From Collinsella sp. CAG:166 (GTDB lineage: Bacteria; Actinomycetota; Coriobacteriia; Coriobacteriales; Coriobacteriaceae), in assembly GCA_000434535.1 (NCBI GenBank), contig FR878731.1, forward strand, positions 1 through 62,308: a DNA stretch of 62,308 nucleotides, written 5' to 3'. The position numbers were made by a program, and so were the translations under genes. How positions within the stretch are numbered: position 1 is the first letter of the stretch; each line of letters starts with the position of its first letter. The notes beneath the pieces were generated by a model. It was not told where the DNA came from. It saw only the letters and a program-made list of their open reading frames with translations, and searched no databases. Positions 31,628-40,752 of the stretch are shown in pieces.

Positions 31628-33400
31628 TTAGAGCGCCTCCTCATCGAGCGGAGCGGCCATGGTGCCCTCGCCCGCGAGCGGCGACTTGTCGCGCCAGACG
31701 TTCTCGAACTGCTCCTTGTCGAGCACGTGGTCGCGCTTGGCGGCGACATCGGTCACCGTCACGCGGTCGGTGCAGGAATAGCACGGGTCGAGCGAGCCGA
31801 CGATCAGCGCCGCATCGCCCACGGTGTTGCCGCGGAACATGTAGCGCAGGACCGGCCAGTTACTGTACGTGGCGGCCTTGGCGCGCCAGCGGTAGCACTT
31901 CTGGTTATTGCCGAGCATGGCCCAGTGCACGTCCTCGCCGCGCGGCGCCTCGGTGGCACCGATGGCGTACTTGTGCGGGGTGTACTCCCAATCCGTGGTG
32001 AGGATGGGGCCCGACGGGCAGTTCTCGAGCATGGTCTCGATCATATCGATCGAATCGTAGACCTCCTGGATGCGAACGGCGGTACGGCCGAAGGCATCGC
32101 AGGTGTCAGCCGTGGCGGCGTGCATCTTTTGAACGTCCGGATCGGCGTAGCCGTCGAAGGGATGGTCGAAGCGCACGTCGCGGGCATAGCCCGAGCCACG
32201 CATGAGCGGGCCGACCGGCGAGAAGTCGCGTGCGATCTTGCGGTCCAAGATGCCGATGCCACTCGTACGCTCAATAAAGTTGGGCGTGGAGAGCAAGACG
32301 TCGACGAGCTCCTGAACCTCGGAGCGCAGCTGGTGGATGGTCGTGAGCGTGGAGAGCTTCTGCTCGGCCAAAATGTCGCGACGCACGCCGCCGATCACGT
32401 TGAGGCCGTAGGTCTTGCGGTGACCGGAGAGCTTCTCGGCCAGGTCCATGGACTTCTCGCGGACGCGGAAGAACTGCTGGAAGCCGGAGTCGAAGCCGGT
32501 GTAGTGCGATGCGAGGCCAATATTGAGCAGGTGTGAGTGCAGACGCTCGACCTCGAGCATGATGGCGCGGATGTACTGGGCGCGCGGCGGGACATGGATG
32601 CCCTGGGCGCGCTCGACGGCCTCGGCATAGGCCACCGAGTGGGCGCAGCCGCAGATGCCGCAGATACGGTCGGCGAGGAACGTCACGGCGTCATAGTTCA
32701 GGCGCGTCTCGGCGACCTTCTCCATGCCGCGGTGCACGTAGAACAGACGGTAGTCGGCGTCGACGATCGTCTCGCCCTCGACGAACAGGCGGAAGTGGCC
32801 GGGCTCGTCGGAGGTAATGTGCAGCGGGCCCATGGGGACGAGCGTGGTCTCCTTGCCCTTGGTATCGGCCAAGAACTCGTAGTTTTCCATGTCGCTCGCG
32901 GGAGCGGGACGGAAGCGGTAGTCCATGGAGTCCTTGCGCAGCGGGTACAGGCCGCTGGGCCAGTCATCGGGCAGCACCAGGCGTCGACGATCGGGCAGGC
33001 CCTCGGGGATCAGGCCGAACATATCGCGCAGCTCGCGCTCGCCCCACACGCAGGCGGGGACGAACGGCGTCACGGACGGGAACGTCATCTTGGCGGGATC
33101 GACCTCGGTGCGCACGGTCACCCAGCCGGGGTCCTCCCCCTCCATGGAGATGACGTAGTACACAGCGTAACGGCCGCACAGGCTGCGCTCATCGTTGCCG
33201 ATGATCACGGGAATCCAGCCGTAGCGCTCGTAATACAGGTAGTGGACTGCCTCGGGCAGCTTGTCCTGCTTGACGGTAATCGTCAGCTGGTCCTCGCACT
33301 GCCACTCGACCTTCTCGATGCAGCCCGGAACGGCGCGGCGCAGGGCCTCGACATGGCTCTCGCAGCGACGGGCATACACCTTGTTCTCAGTTTCAATCAT
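31628..33400 (-). CDS. hyfG: Group 4 [NiFe] hydrogenase large subunit HyfG/HycE
   Basis: RICGICG and DPCYSCTDR Ni-binding motifs (Cys, not Sec); cleavable C-terminal tail. Confidence 0.94.
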   Translation of the reverse strand: MIETENKVYARRCESHVEALRRAVPGCIEKVEWQCEDQLTITVKQDKLPEAVHYLYYERYGWIPVIIGNDERSLCGRYAVYYVISMEGEDPGWVTVRTEVDPAKMTFPSVTPFVPACVWGERELRDMFGLIPEGLPDRRRLVLPDDWPSGLYPLRKDSMDYRFRPAPASDMENYEFLADTKGKETTLVPMGPLHITSDEPGHFRLFVEGETIVDADYRLFYVHRGMEKVAETRLNYDAVTFLADRICGICGCAHSVAYAEAVERAQGIHVPPRAQYIRAIMLEVERLHSHLLNIGLASHYTGFDSGFQQFFRVREKSMDLAEKLSGHRKTYGLNVIGGVRRDILAEQKLSTLTTIHQLRSEVQELVDVLLSTPNFIERTSGIGILDRKIARDFSPVGPLMRGSGYARDVRFDHPFDGYADPDVQKMHAATADTCDAFGRTAVRIQEVYDSIDMIETMLENCPSGPILTTDWEYTPHKYAIGATEAPRGEDVHWAMLGNNQKCYRWRAKAATYSNWPVLRYMFRGNTVGDAALIVGSLDPCYSCTDRVTVTDVAAKRDHVLDKEQFENVWRDKSPLAGEGTMAAPLDEEAL

Positions 33401-33403
33401 TCG

Positions 33404-34963
33404 TTACTCCACCTCGCTCTGAGCGGTCTCGGTACCGAACACAGCGCGGTACATCGGCGTCGCGTGAAGTTCCTCGGTGCTCTGCTCGAGCACGATGCCG
33501 GTCGCGGTCTCCACACCGTGCACGAGAGGCAGCGGGGTGGCGATGCCAAACCACAAGATCATGACAGCCAGGATGATTTCAGGGATAAGCATGAGCGCCG
33601 GGGCCTCATGCTTGCCCATGCCCTGGGGCGCATGGCCGAATACCGACTTGAGTGCGATGCGAGTGAGCGCGGAGATGGCCACGGTAAGACCGAGGGCGAC
33701 CACGACGACCAGCCACATGGGACCGGCGGTAACACCGGCGACAAAAGTCAGGAACTCGGAGATAAACATGCCAAAGGGCGGGAAGGCACCAAGACCGAGC
33801 AGCGCCAAGATGGCGAGCGCGGCGGTTGCGGGGGCAACCTCGACGACACCCTGAATCTTAGCCAGGCTACGAGTGCCAAAGGCGTGCTGGATATTGCCGG
33901 ACACGCAGAAGGCAAGCGTCTTGGTAAAGCCGTGGAACACGCAGTGCAGCAAGGCCGCGGCGATACCCAGCGGGCCGCCGATACCCAGGCACAGGGCGAT
34001 AACGCCCACGTTCTCCACAGACGAGTACGCAAAGCGGCGCTTGAGATCGTCCTGGCGAAACATCGAAAGTGCAGCCACCAAAATGGACAGCGTGCCGACG
34101 ATCAGCAGCAAAAGTTGCGGATACTCGGCGCCCACGGCCTGGATGGTAAAGCCATAGAAGCGCATGATCACAAGCATGGCGCACTTAAGCAGCACGCCCG
34201 AGAGCAGGGCCGAGACAGGGCTCGGAGCCTGGGAGTGGGCATCGGGCAGCCAAGTATGCATGGGGAACAGGCCGGCCTTGGTGCCAAAGCCGATCACGAT
34301 AAACGCAAAGGCAAGGCGCATGAGCGTCGGATCGAACTGGTCGGCATACGGCAGCACGCACGACAGGAATGCGGCCTCGTGGGCGTTGGGAATCACGTCG
34401 GCGGCGTTGGCGTAGATCAGCAGCGTACCGAACAGGCCAAAGGCCACGCCGGCGGTGCAGACCATCGCATACTTCCAAGAAGCCTCGAGGGCCGTCTTGT
34501 TCTTGTAGATACCCACGAGGAACACGGTGGAAAGCGTGGTTGCCTCCACGGCGGCCCACGTGAGGATCATGTTGTTGGACAGGCACGCGAGCAGCATGGT
34601 GAACACAAACAGGCTAAACAGCACAAAATACTGCTTGGCGCGCTCGGCGGGCATGGAGCCCTCCTCGATATCGGCCTTTACATAGGGCAGCGAGAACAGC
34701 CCCGTAAGAAAACCGATAAAACCGATGAGCAGCACGAAGATGGCGCCCAGCGAATCGAGGTGGAACCATAGGCCAAGAGCGCTCGCGGTTTCGCCGCTCA
34801 TAAGGACGCCACCGGCCGTCATAATCGAAAGCACCAGGACGGCTGCGACGGAGACCAGGTTGAGACCGGCAAACACGTTATAGGACGTGTTCTTGGGCAA
34901 AAACGCCATAACCAGCGAGAACACCAAAGGAGTCGCGAGCAGGGCGAGAATCAACGTTTCCAT
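33404..34963 (-). CDS. hyfF: Hydrogenase-4 membrane subunit HyfF
   Basis: EATTLS, EASWKY, GTKAGLFPMHTWLPDAH. Confidence 0.88.
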   Translation of the reverse strand: METLILALLATPLVFSLVMAFLPKNTSYNVFAGLNLVSVAAVLVLSIMTAGGVLMSGETASALGLWFHLDSLGAIFVLLIGFIGFLTGLFSLPYVKADIEEGSMPAERAKQYFVLFSLFVFTMLLACLSNNMILTWAAVEATTLSTVFLVGIYKNKTALEASWKYAMVCTAGVAFGLFGTLLIYANAADVIPNAHEAAFLSCVLPYADQFDPTLMRLAFAFIVIGFGTKAGLFPMHTWLPDAHSQAPSPVSALLSGVLLKCAMLVIMRFYGFTIQAVGAEYPQLLLLIVGTLSILVAALSMFRQDDLKRRFAYSSVENVGVIALCLGIGGPLGIAAALLHCVFHGFTKTLAFCVSGNIQHAFGTRSLAKIQGVVEVAPATAALAILALLGLGAFPPFGMFISEFLTFVAGVTAGPMWLVVVVALGLTVAISALTRIALKSVFGHAPQGMGKHEAPALMLIPEIILAVMILWFGIATPLPLVHGVETATGIVLEQSTEELHATPMYRAVFGTETAQSEVE

Positions 34964-34966
34964 GGA

Positions 34967-35620
34967 CTACCCCCTCAGCTCGGACAGGTCGCGCGCATCG
35001 AGCGAGTGGGAGTCGTCCCAAATGCGACGCACGACGATGGACATGATGATGACGGCAAAGATGGCGTCGGTGGCGATACCGATCTCGATGATCTCGGGAG
35101 CGGTGGGGGCCAAAAGCGCGAGCGTCACGTGGCTGCCGTTTTCCATAAGGCAGTAACCAAAGATCTGCTTCATGATGTTGCGCTGCGAGATGATGCAGGT
35201 GAGGCCCACAAAGAAGTGAGCGAAGCTAATAGCGAGCGCAGGCGTTGCGACCTCGGCCGTGGGAAGGCTGATCTGCGTCACGACGGCAAAGCAAATCGCG
35301 ACCTCCACGGCGATGATGCAGATGGCCCACGCGGGCTTAAGGCCGGCCTTGAGTGATGCGTCGCTCGGCTCGCCCATCTTCTTGTATGCGCGGTTGAGGA
35401 TATAAGGGACCAGGACGACCTTGGTGATAAAGGCAGATCCGGCCCACATAAGCAGCTCCTGCGCACCGGTGGTGGCACCGAGCGTAGCGAGCAGCCCCAC
35501 GAGCACCAGCGACTGCACCGCATACCAGTTGATGGCATGTTTGATGTTCTTGGAGACGACCACCATGGTGGACGTGACGATCAGAAGGCCGCCAAGGATG
35601 TTGACGATCGAATAACCCAT
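34967..35620 (-). CDS. hyfE: Hydrogenase-4 membrane subunit HyfE
   Basis: YAVQSLVL, QRNIMKQIFGYCLMENG. Confidence 0.88.
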   Translation of the reverse strand: MGYSIVNILGGLLIVTSTMVVVSKNIKHAINWYAVQSLVLVGLLATLGATTGAQELLMWAGSAFITKVVLVPYILNRAYKKMGEPSDASLKAGLKPAWAICIIAVEVAICFAVVTQISLPTAEVATPALAISFAHFFVGLTCIISQRNIMKQIFGYCLMENGSHVTLALLAPTAPEIIEIGIATDAIFAVIIMSIVVRRIWDDSHSLDARDLSELRG

Positions 35621-35633
35621 GTCGTTCTACCTC

Positions 35634-37091
35634 CTAACCGATCCAGCTGGCCGAAAGCGGGCCGCTGACGATGACCATGATGATGAGCACGATGAACACG
35701 AACGCCATCGCACGGGGAAGCGGGGCTCCCGCAGCGACCTCTTCGCTCGGCTCGCCGGGCAGGCAATAGCCCATCCACTTGAGGAACCAGGCGAAGGTGG
35801 CGACGGTCTCGGCGACCATGATGCACACGAGCACCAGGATCGCGACGTTGCCGGCACCTACAGAAAAGCCGCCGGCAATGATCTGGAACTTCGAGAAGAA
35901 CGTGTTCATGGGCGGCACGCCGGCAATAGCGAGTGCCGCGACACCGAAGCCCACGCCCGAGATCGGGTACTTCTTTACGATGCCGCGAAGCTTGGGCAGC
36001 ATACGCGTGCCGAGCGTAAAGGAGAACGAACCGGCGATCAGGAAGAACAGCGTCTTGGCGAAAGCGTGGTTAAAGATGTGGCAGACGGCGCCATCGAAGG
36101 CCAGCTGGCTGCCAAAGACCGAAAGGCCCAGACCAAAGAACACATAGGAGAGCTGGGCGATCGTGGAGAAGGCCAGCAGACGCTTCATGTCCTTTTGCGG
36201 CAGGTACATAAGGAAGCCAAAGAGCATGGTGACCATGGCGTCGATAATGGCGACCCAACCCACGATCTCGGGGATCTCGCCGGCAGAGACGAGTGCACGC
36301 GCGAACACGCACACGCCGACCTTAACCATCGAGGCGCCATGCAGGTAGGCCGAAACAGGCGTCGGCGCCTCCATGGCCGAAGGCAGCCACATGTACATGG
36401 GAACCTGTGCGGACTTGGCCCAGGCCGCAAACAGCACGAGCAAAAGGACGATAGCCTTGAGCTTGGCGTCGAGGCCGGCAATCGCGGTAATGGCGAAGGT
36501 ACCGGTATGGGCAAACACGATGGCGGCGCCCAGATACAGGCCGAGCGCACCGATATGCGTAATGATCAGGGCCTTCATGCCGGCCTTCTTGGCCGTAGGC
36601 GTCATGTAGTAGCTAATGAGGCCCCAAGAGCACGCACCCGTGATCTCAAAAAACACGAGCTGGCCCAAAAGGGTCGAGCTATACACAAGGCCGGCCATGG
36701 CGCCGATGAAGGTCGCGAGGTACGCGTAGAAGCGACGACGCGGCGCATCGGGATGCTCACGGTTATTCTCGCTCATATAGGGAATCGAATAGATCACGAC
36801 AAGCAGGCCGATGCCCACAAAGGCGGGCGCGAGCAGCGTGCTCATGCGATCGAAGGTGAATCCCATGACGAGGGTCTGCCCAAACGAGATCAGGGGGACC
36901 TGCGTGTCGGGCATGCCGGCGCCGGCGAAATTCGCGGCGAGGGCGATGGTGCAGACCGTCGAGACGGCGGCACCCAAAACGCTGAACCACTTGGCGTACG
37001 GACGGGGGAACAGGGCGACGAGCACCGAGGCCACCATCGGGGCCGCGATAGCGACCAAGCCGAGAAGGGACAGACTGACTGCAAATGACAT
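35634..37091 (-). CDS. hyfD: Hydrogenase-4 membrane subunit HyfD
   Basis: KSAQVP..WLPSAMEAPTPVSAYLH antiporter-like motif. Confidence 0.87.
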   Translation of the reverse strand: MSFAVSLSLLGLVAIAAPMVASVLVALFPRPYAKWFSVLGAAVSTVCTIALAANFAGAGMPDTQVPLISFGQTLVMGFTFDRMSTLLAPAFVGIGLLVVIYSIPYMSENNREHPDAPRRRFYAYLATFIGAMAGLVYSSTLLGQLVFFEITGACSWGLISYYMTPTAKKAGMKALIITHIGALGLYLGAAIVFAHTGTFAITAIAGLDAKLKAIVLLLVLFAAWAKSAQVPMYMWLPSAMEAPTPVSAYLHGASMVKVGVCVFARALVSAGEIPEIVGWVAIIDAMVTMLFGFLMYLPQKDMKRLLAFSTIAQLSYVFFGLGLSVFGSQLAFDGAVCHIFNHAFAKTLFFLIAGSFSFTLGTRMLPKLRGIVKKYPISGVGFGVAALAIAGVPPMNTFFSKFQIIAGGFSVGAGNVAILVLVCIMVAETVATFAWFLKWMGYCLPGEPSEEVAAGAPLPRAMAFVFIVLIIMVIVSGPLSASWIG

Positions 37092-37106
37092 TGTTTCTCC
37101 CTTCTC

Positions 37107-38033
37107 CTACACGCCGACGACCACGAAGACAAACGCCAGAACGGCGATGCCCACAACGGCCCAGGTCTGATTGCCAAGCACCTTAAAGCGCGAACGCGAG
37201 CAGGAGTTCTCGATCACGCCGCATACGACAAAGTCGATCAGGCACTTCACCAGGAAGATGACTGCGCCCAGAACAGCGGCGGCGCCCACGGTCGCGGGCT
37301 CGCCCCAGGGGACGAAGATTGCGCAGAACCAAGCGACGACCAGAACCTGCTTCATGGACATGGCGAGCTTGGCCATCGCAAGCGACGGGCCGGAAAGCTC
37401 GGCGAGCGGACCTTCCTGGAGCTCTTGCTCGGCCTCGGCCTGATCAAAGGGCAGCTTGCCGAGTTCCATGTAGCAGGCGATCGCAAAGGCGATGCCGGCG
37501 AGGATCACGGCGACCGGCGCATCGATGGCGCCCGTCATGATGTGCTGACCCATGGTAGCGATGTCAGTGGAACCGCACACCAGGGCGGCGGCAAACAGCG
37601 CCAGCAGCATGGACGGCTCGATGAGCACGCTCATGAGCAGCTCACGGACGCCGCCGATACCGGCGTAGGCGTTGGATGAATCCACACCGCAGAGGGCGAA
37701 GAAGAAGCGGGCGAGCGCCAGGCTGTACATGATGGTGATGGCGTCACCAAAGACTGGGATGGGGCTTTGTGCCGTAAAGAGCGGCAGGCCCATCGCGAGC
37801 ATAAAGGCGACGGCGAAGAACAGCGGCGGCATAATGCGCAGCGCAAAGCTCGCGTCCTCGCTCTGGGACTCGGGGCGCGCAAAGAGCTTGGCCAGGTCGC
37901 GGTAGTCCTGCATGATGCTGGGACCGCGACGGTTGTGCATCTTGGCGCGGATCACGCGGCCGAGACCGGAGAAGAACGGCGCGACGGCCATGACGACCAC
38001 GCCCTGCAGAACGGCAAGTACGATGTTGTTCAT
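37107..38033 (-). CDS. hyfC: Hydrogenase-4 membrane subunit HyfC/HycD (NuoH-like)
   Basis: RRGPSIMQDYRDL, KLPFDQAEAEQELQEG. Confidence 0.88.
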   Translation of the reverse strand: MNNIVLAVLQGVVVMAVAPFFSGLGRVIRAKMHNRRGPSIMQDYRDLAKLFARPESQSEDASFALRIMPPLFFAVAFMLAMGLPLFTAQSPIPVFGDAITIMYSLALARFFFALCGVDSSNAYAGIGGVRELLMSVLIEPSMLLALFAAALVCGSTDIATMGQHIMTGAIDAPVAVILAGIAFAIACYMELGKLPFDQAEAEQELQEGPLAELSGPSLAMAKLAMSMKQVLVVAWFCAIFVPWGEPATVGAAAVLGAVIFLVKCLIDFVVCGVIENSCSRSRFKVLGNQTWAVVGIAVLAFVFVVVGV

Positions 38034-38045
38034 GCTCTCCCCTCC

Positions 38046-40064
38046 TTAACCCATTTGCACGGCGAGCACGAGGAACACCACGAGTGCCGCGACGATGTAG
38101 CAGATATAGATGCTGTAGTTGCCGCCCTCGAGCTTAGTCGCGAGGTCGGCGAGCTTCTCGACACCCTTATGCGGGGCATCGACGAGAACCTTGTCGGGTA
38201 CGGGCTCCACAGCCTCGGCCACACCGGTGAGCTTCTGGAAGAAGTGCGCGATGGACCAGCAGACGGCCGTGCAGCGGTCGCGCAGCGTGTAGAGCGGCTG
38301 CATAAACCAGGACACCTCGGAGGCAAAGGTCGTGGCCACGACGGGCATATGCTCGTTGGGAGCATAGCCGCATGCCCACGGCTGGGACTTCTGCACCTTG
38401 CCGACGGTCTTGAGCTTGCGATAACCGCAGGCAAGGCCGACGAGCACCACGAGCGCAATGGCGATCGCGGGCGTGGAGGTGGCAGCGCCGGAGTACTGGT
38501 TCATGAGCTCCATGCCCTCGGCGGCAAACACTCCACCGTACGGATGCAGCACGGACGCGGCGACATCGACCAGCACGGGCGCGATCACGGGAGCGCCGAT
38601 GCCCAGCACGACGCAGATGGCCGCGAGCAGGCCCTGCGCAAACACCATGGGGGCGGGAACCTCCTTGGCATTGGCCGCGGCCTCGGAGCGGGGCGCGGAG
38701 GCAAAGGAGACGCCATAGGCCTTGACGAAGCACGTGACGGCCAGCGCGCCGGTAATGGCAAGCGCGACGGCAGCGAACACGGCCACGATCATGACGGCCT
38801 TGTCGCCCTGCATGGCAGCGTTAAACAGCGACTGGTAGGTAAACCACTCGGACACAAAGCCGTTGAAGGGCGGGATGGCCGAGATGGCAAGCGCGCCAAC
38901 AAGGAAGCAGATGGCCGTTGCCGGCATACGACGGAACAGGCCGCCCATCTTCTCCATATTGCGCGTACCCGTGGAGTACAGCAGCGCGCCGGCGCCCAAG
39001 AACAGCTCGCCCTTAAACATCGCGTGGTTAAACGTGTGGTAGAGGGCGGCCATCAGGGCCAGGACGGCGATGCCGACCGAGTTGAGCGCCATGGCGGCCA
39101 TGGAGGCGCCGACGCCGAGCAGAATGATGCCGATGTTCTCGACGGAGTGATAGGCCAGCAGGCGCTTGATGTCATGCTCCTGCAGGGCGAAGGCCACGCC
39201 GAGAACCGACGAGATCGCACCGAAGACCATGACCATAAGGCCCCACCAGACCTGAACGCCCGAGGCGGAGAGCAGGTCGAGACCAACCTTGAGGATGCCG
39301 AAGATACCGATCTTGATCATGCCGCCGGACATGAGGGCCGACACGTTGGACGGCGCCTCGGGATGAGCCTTGGGCAGCCAGCCGTGCAGCGGGATGATAC
39401 CGGCCTTGGCGCCAAAGCCAAAGAAGGCAAGCACGAAGCACACGGATGCGACCGCGGGGCTAAACTGCGTGGCGCGGAAATCCGCAAAGGCAAACGAGCC
39501 ACCGGCGAAGTTGGTCATGGTGAGGAAGCTCGCCATGATGAGCACAAAGCCCACGTGCGCGATCACAAAGTAGAGCCAACCGCCGTGGATGGAGTTCTCG
39601 TTCTCCTCGATCACGACCAGGAAGTACGAGGTCAGCGACATGAGCTCAAAGGCGACCAGGAACCAAAACACGTTGTCGGCGGTGATGACGAGCATCATGG
39701 ACGCCACGAAGGTGTTAAAGAAGAAGCCGGCGCGGCCCTTTTTGCCCGGGTACTCATCAAAGTAGTTGAGACCGTAGATCGAACCGGCAAACGCGAGCAC
39801 CGAGATGAGTGCCACGAACAGGCCGGACAGCTGATTGAGCAGCAGCTGGAAATGGGCAAACGGGAAGAACACGATGGTGTCGACCGACGTGACATCGCCC
39901 AGCACGGCCTGGATACCGGCCACAAACGAAAGCACCGCGGCGGCGGCGCCGATAAGGCAGCCGGCGGTCTTGGCGGCGTTATCGGCCTTGATCAGCAGAA
40001 CCGAGGCGAGCGCACCGATGCACGAGACGGCAAGCGATGCGATAAACAGCGTCATGCTATCCAT
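38046..40064 (-). CDS. hyfB: Hydrogenase-4 membrane subunit HyfB/HycC
   Basis: KAGIIPLHGWLPKAH, KRLLAYHSVENIG, PPFNGFVSEW, WACGY. Confidence 0.9.
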   Translation of the reverse strand: MDSMTLFIASLAVSCIGALASVLLIKADNAAKTAGCLIGAAAAVLSFVAGIQAVLGDVTSVDTIVFFPFAHFQLLLNQLSGLFVALISVLAFAGSIYGLNYFDEYPGKKGRAGFFFNTFVASMMLVITADNVFWFLVAFELMSLTSYFLVVIEENENSIHGGWLYFVIAHVGFVLIMASFLTMTNFAGGSFAFADFRATQFSPAVASVCFVLAFFGFGAKAGIIPLHGWLPKAHPEAPSNVSALMSGGMIKIGIFGILKVGLDLLSASGVQVWWGLMVMVFGAISSVLGVAFALQEHDIKRLLAYHSVENIGIILLGVGASMAAMALNSVGIAVLALMAALYHTFNHAMFKGELFLGAGALLYSTGTRNMEKMGGLFRRMPATAICFLVGALAISAIPPFNGFVSEWFTYQSLFNAAMQGDKAVMIVAVFAAVALAITGALAVTCFVKAYGVSFASAPRSEAAANAKEVPAPMVFAQGLLAAICVVLGIGAPVIAPVLVDVAASVLHPYGGVFAAEGMELMNQYSGAATSTPAIAIALVVLVGLACGYRKLKTVGKVQKSQPWACGYAPNEHMPVVATTFASEVSWFMQPLYTLRDRCTAVCWSIAHFFQKLTGVAEAVEPVPDKVLVDAPHKGVEKLADLATKLEGGNYSIYICYIVAALVVFLVLAVQMG

Positions 40065-40674
40065 TGTTTACGCTCCCTTCTGCTTTCTCGGACAGGCCCT
40101 GGGCCACAGCGGTAACGTCGACGACTGGACCGTTTTCGATCGAGCGCAGGCGCTTGGCCTCGTCGAGCTCGCGATCGGCCGCGCCGCCCATGACGGTCAG
40201 CGCCTTGGTGGGGCACGCCGCCACACAATGCGGGCCGTCCGGATCGAAGGCACACAGGTCGCACTTGACGGCGCAGGTGTACTGGCCAGGAGCCCACGTA
40301 AGCAGGCTGCTCAGGGACTTAGGATACGAAGGCGTCGGGTCGCACATGCCTGCGACACCGGCGATAGACGTGCCATCGGGATGGATGGCTCCGAAGGGGC
40401 ACGCGATGGCGCACAGCCTGCACCCGATGCACTCCTGCTCCTTGACGTGGATGCGGTCGCCATCGTGCTCGATGGCATTCACCGGGCAAACCTCGGCGCA
40501 GGGAGCACCCTCGCAATGGTGGCAGGCAAGGGCGGCCGAAATACCGCCGGTCTTCACGAGCGCCAGGCGCGGCGTATCCTGAAGACCCTGCATCCGGTGG
40601 GCGTCGGCACAGGCGGACTGGCATGTTCCGCAGCCGATGCACCTCTCCGGGTTGATGTCGATGAAGCGGTTCAT
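40057..40674 (-). CDS. hyfA: 4x[4Fe-4S] electron transfer subunit HyfA/HycB
   Basis: CIGCGTC, CHHCEGAPC, CIGCRLC, KCDLC. Confidence 0.87.
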   Translation of the reverse strand: MNRFIDINPERCIGCGTCQSACADAHRMQGLQDTPRLALVKTGGISAALACHHCEGAPCAEVCPVNAIEHDGDRIHVKEQECIGCRLCAIACPFGAIHPDGTSIAGVAGMCDPTPSYPKSLSSLLTWAPGQYTCAVKCDLCAFDPDGPHCVAACPTKALTVMGGAADRELDEAKRLRSIENGPVVDVTAVAQGLSEKAEGSVNNG

Positions 40675-40688
40675 CCCCACTTCCTTTC

Positions 40689-40731
40689 AAAATAACGGGC
40701 CGGGCTCCCGAACGTACGGGACGCCCGGCCC
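40689..40731 (-). terminator. Terminator-like hairpin between fdhF and hyfA
   Basis: Minus strand GGGCCGGGCGTCCCG-TACGTT-CGGGAGCCCGGCCC-GTTATTTT. Confidence 0.6.
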
Positions 40732-40752
40732 AAAAAGCCAACGAGAACGGGA

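Noticed and set aside
31628..33400. [NiFeSe] hydrogenase
   Set aside because: C-terminal motif is DPCYSC with Cys codons; no UGA.
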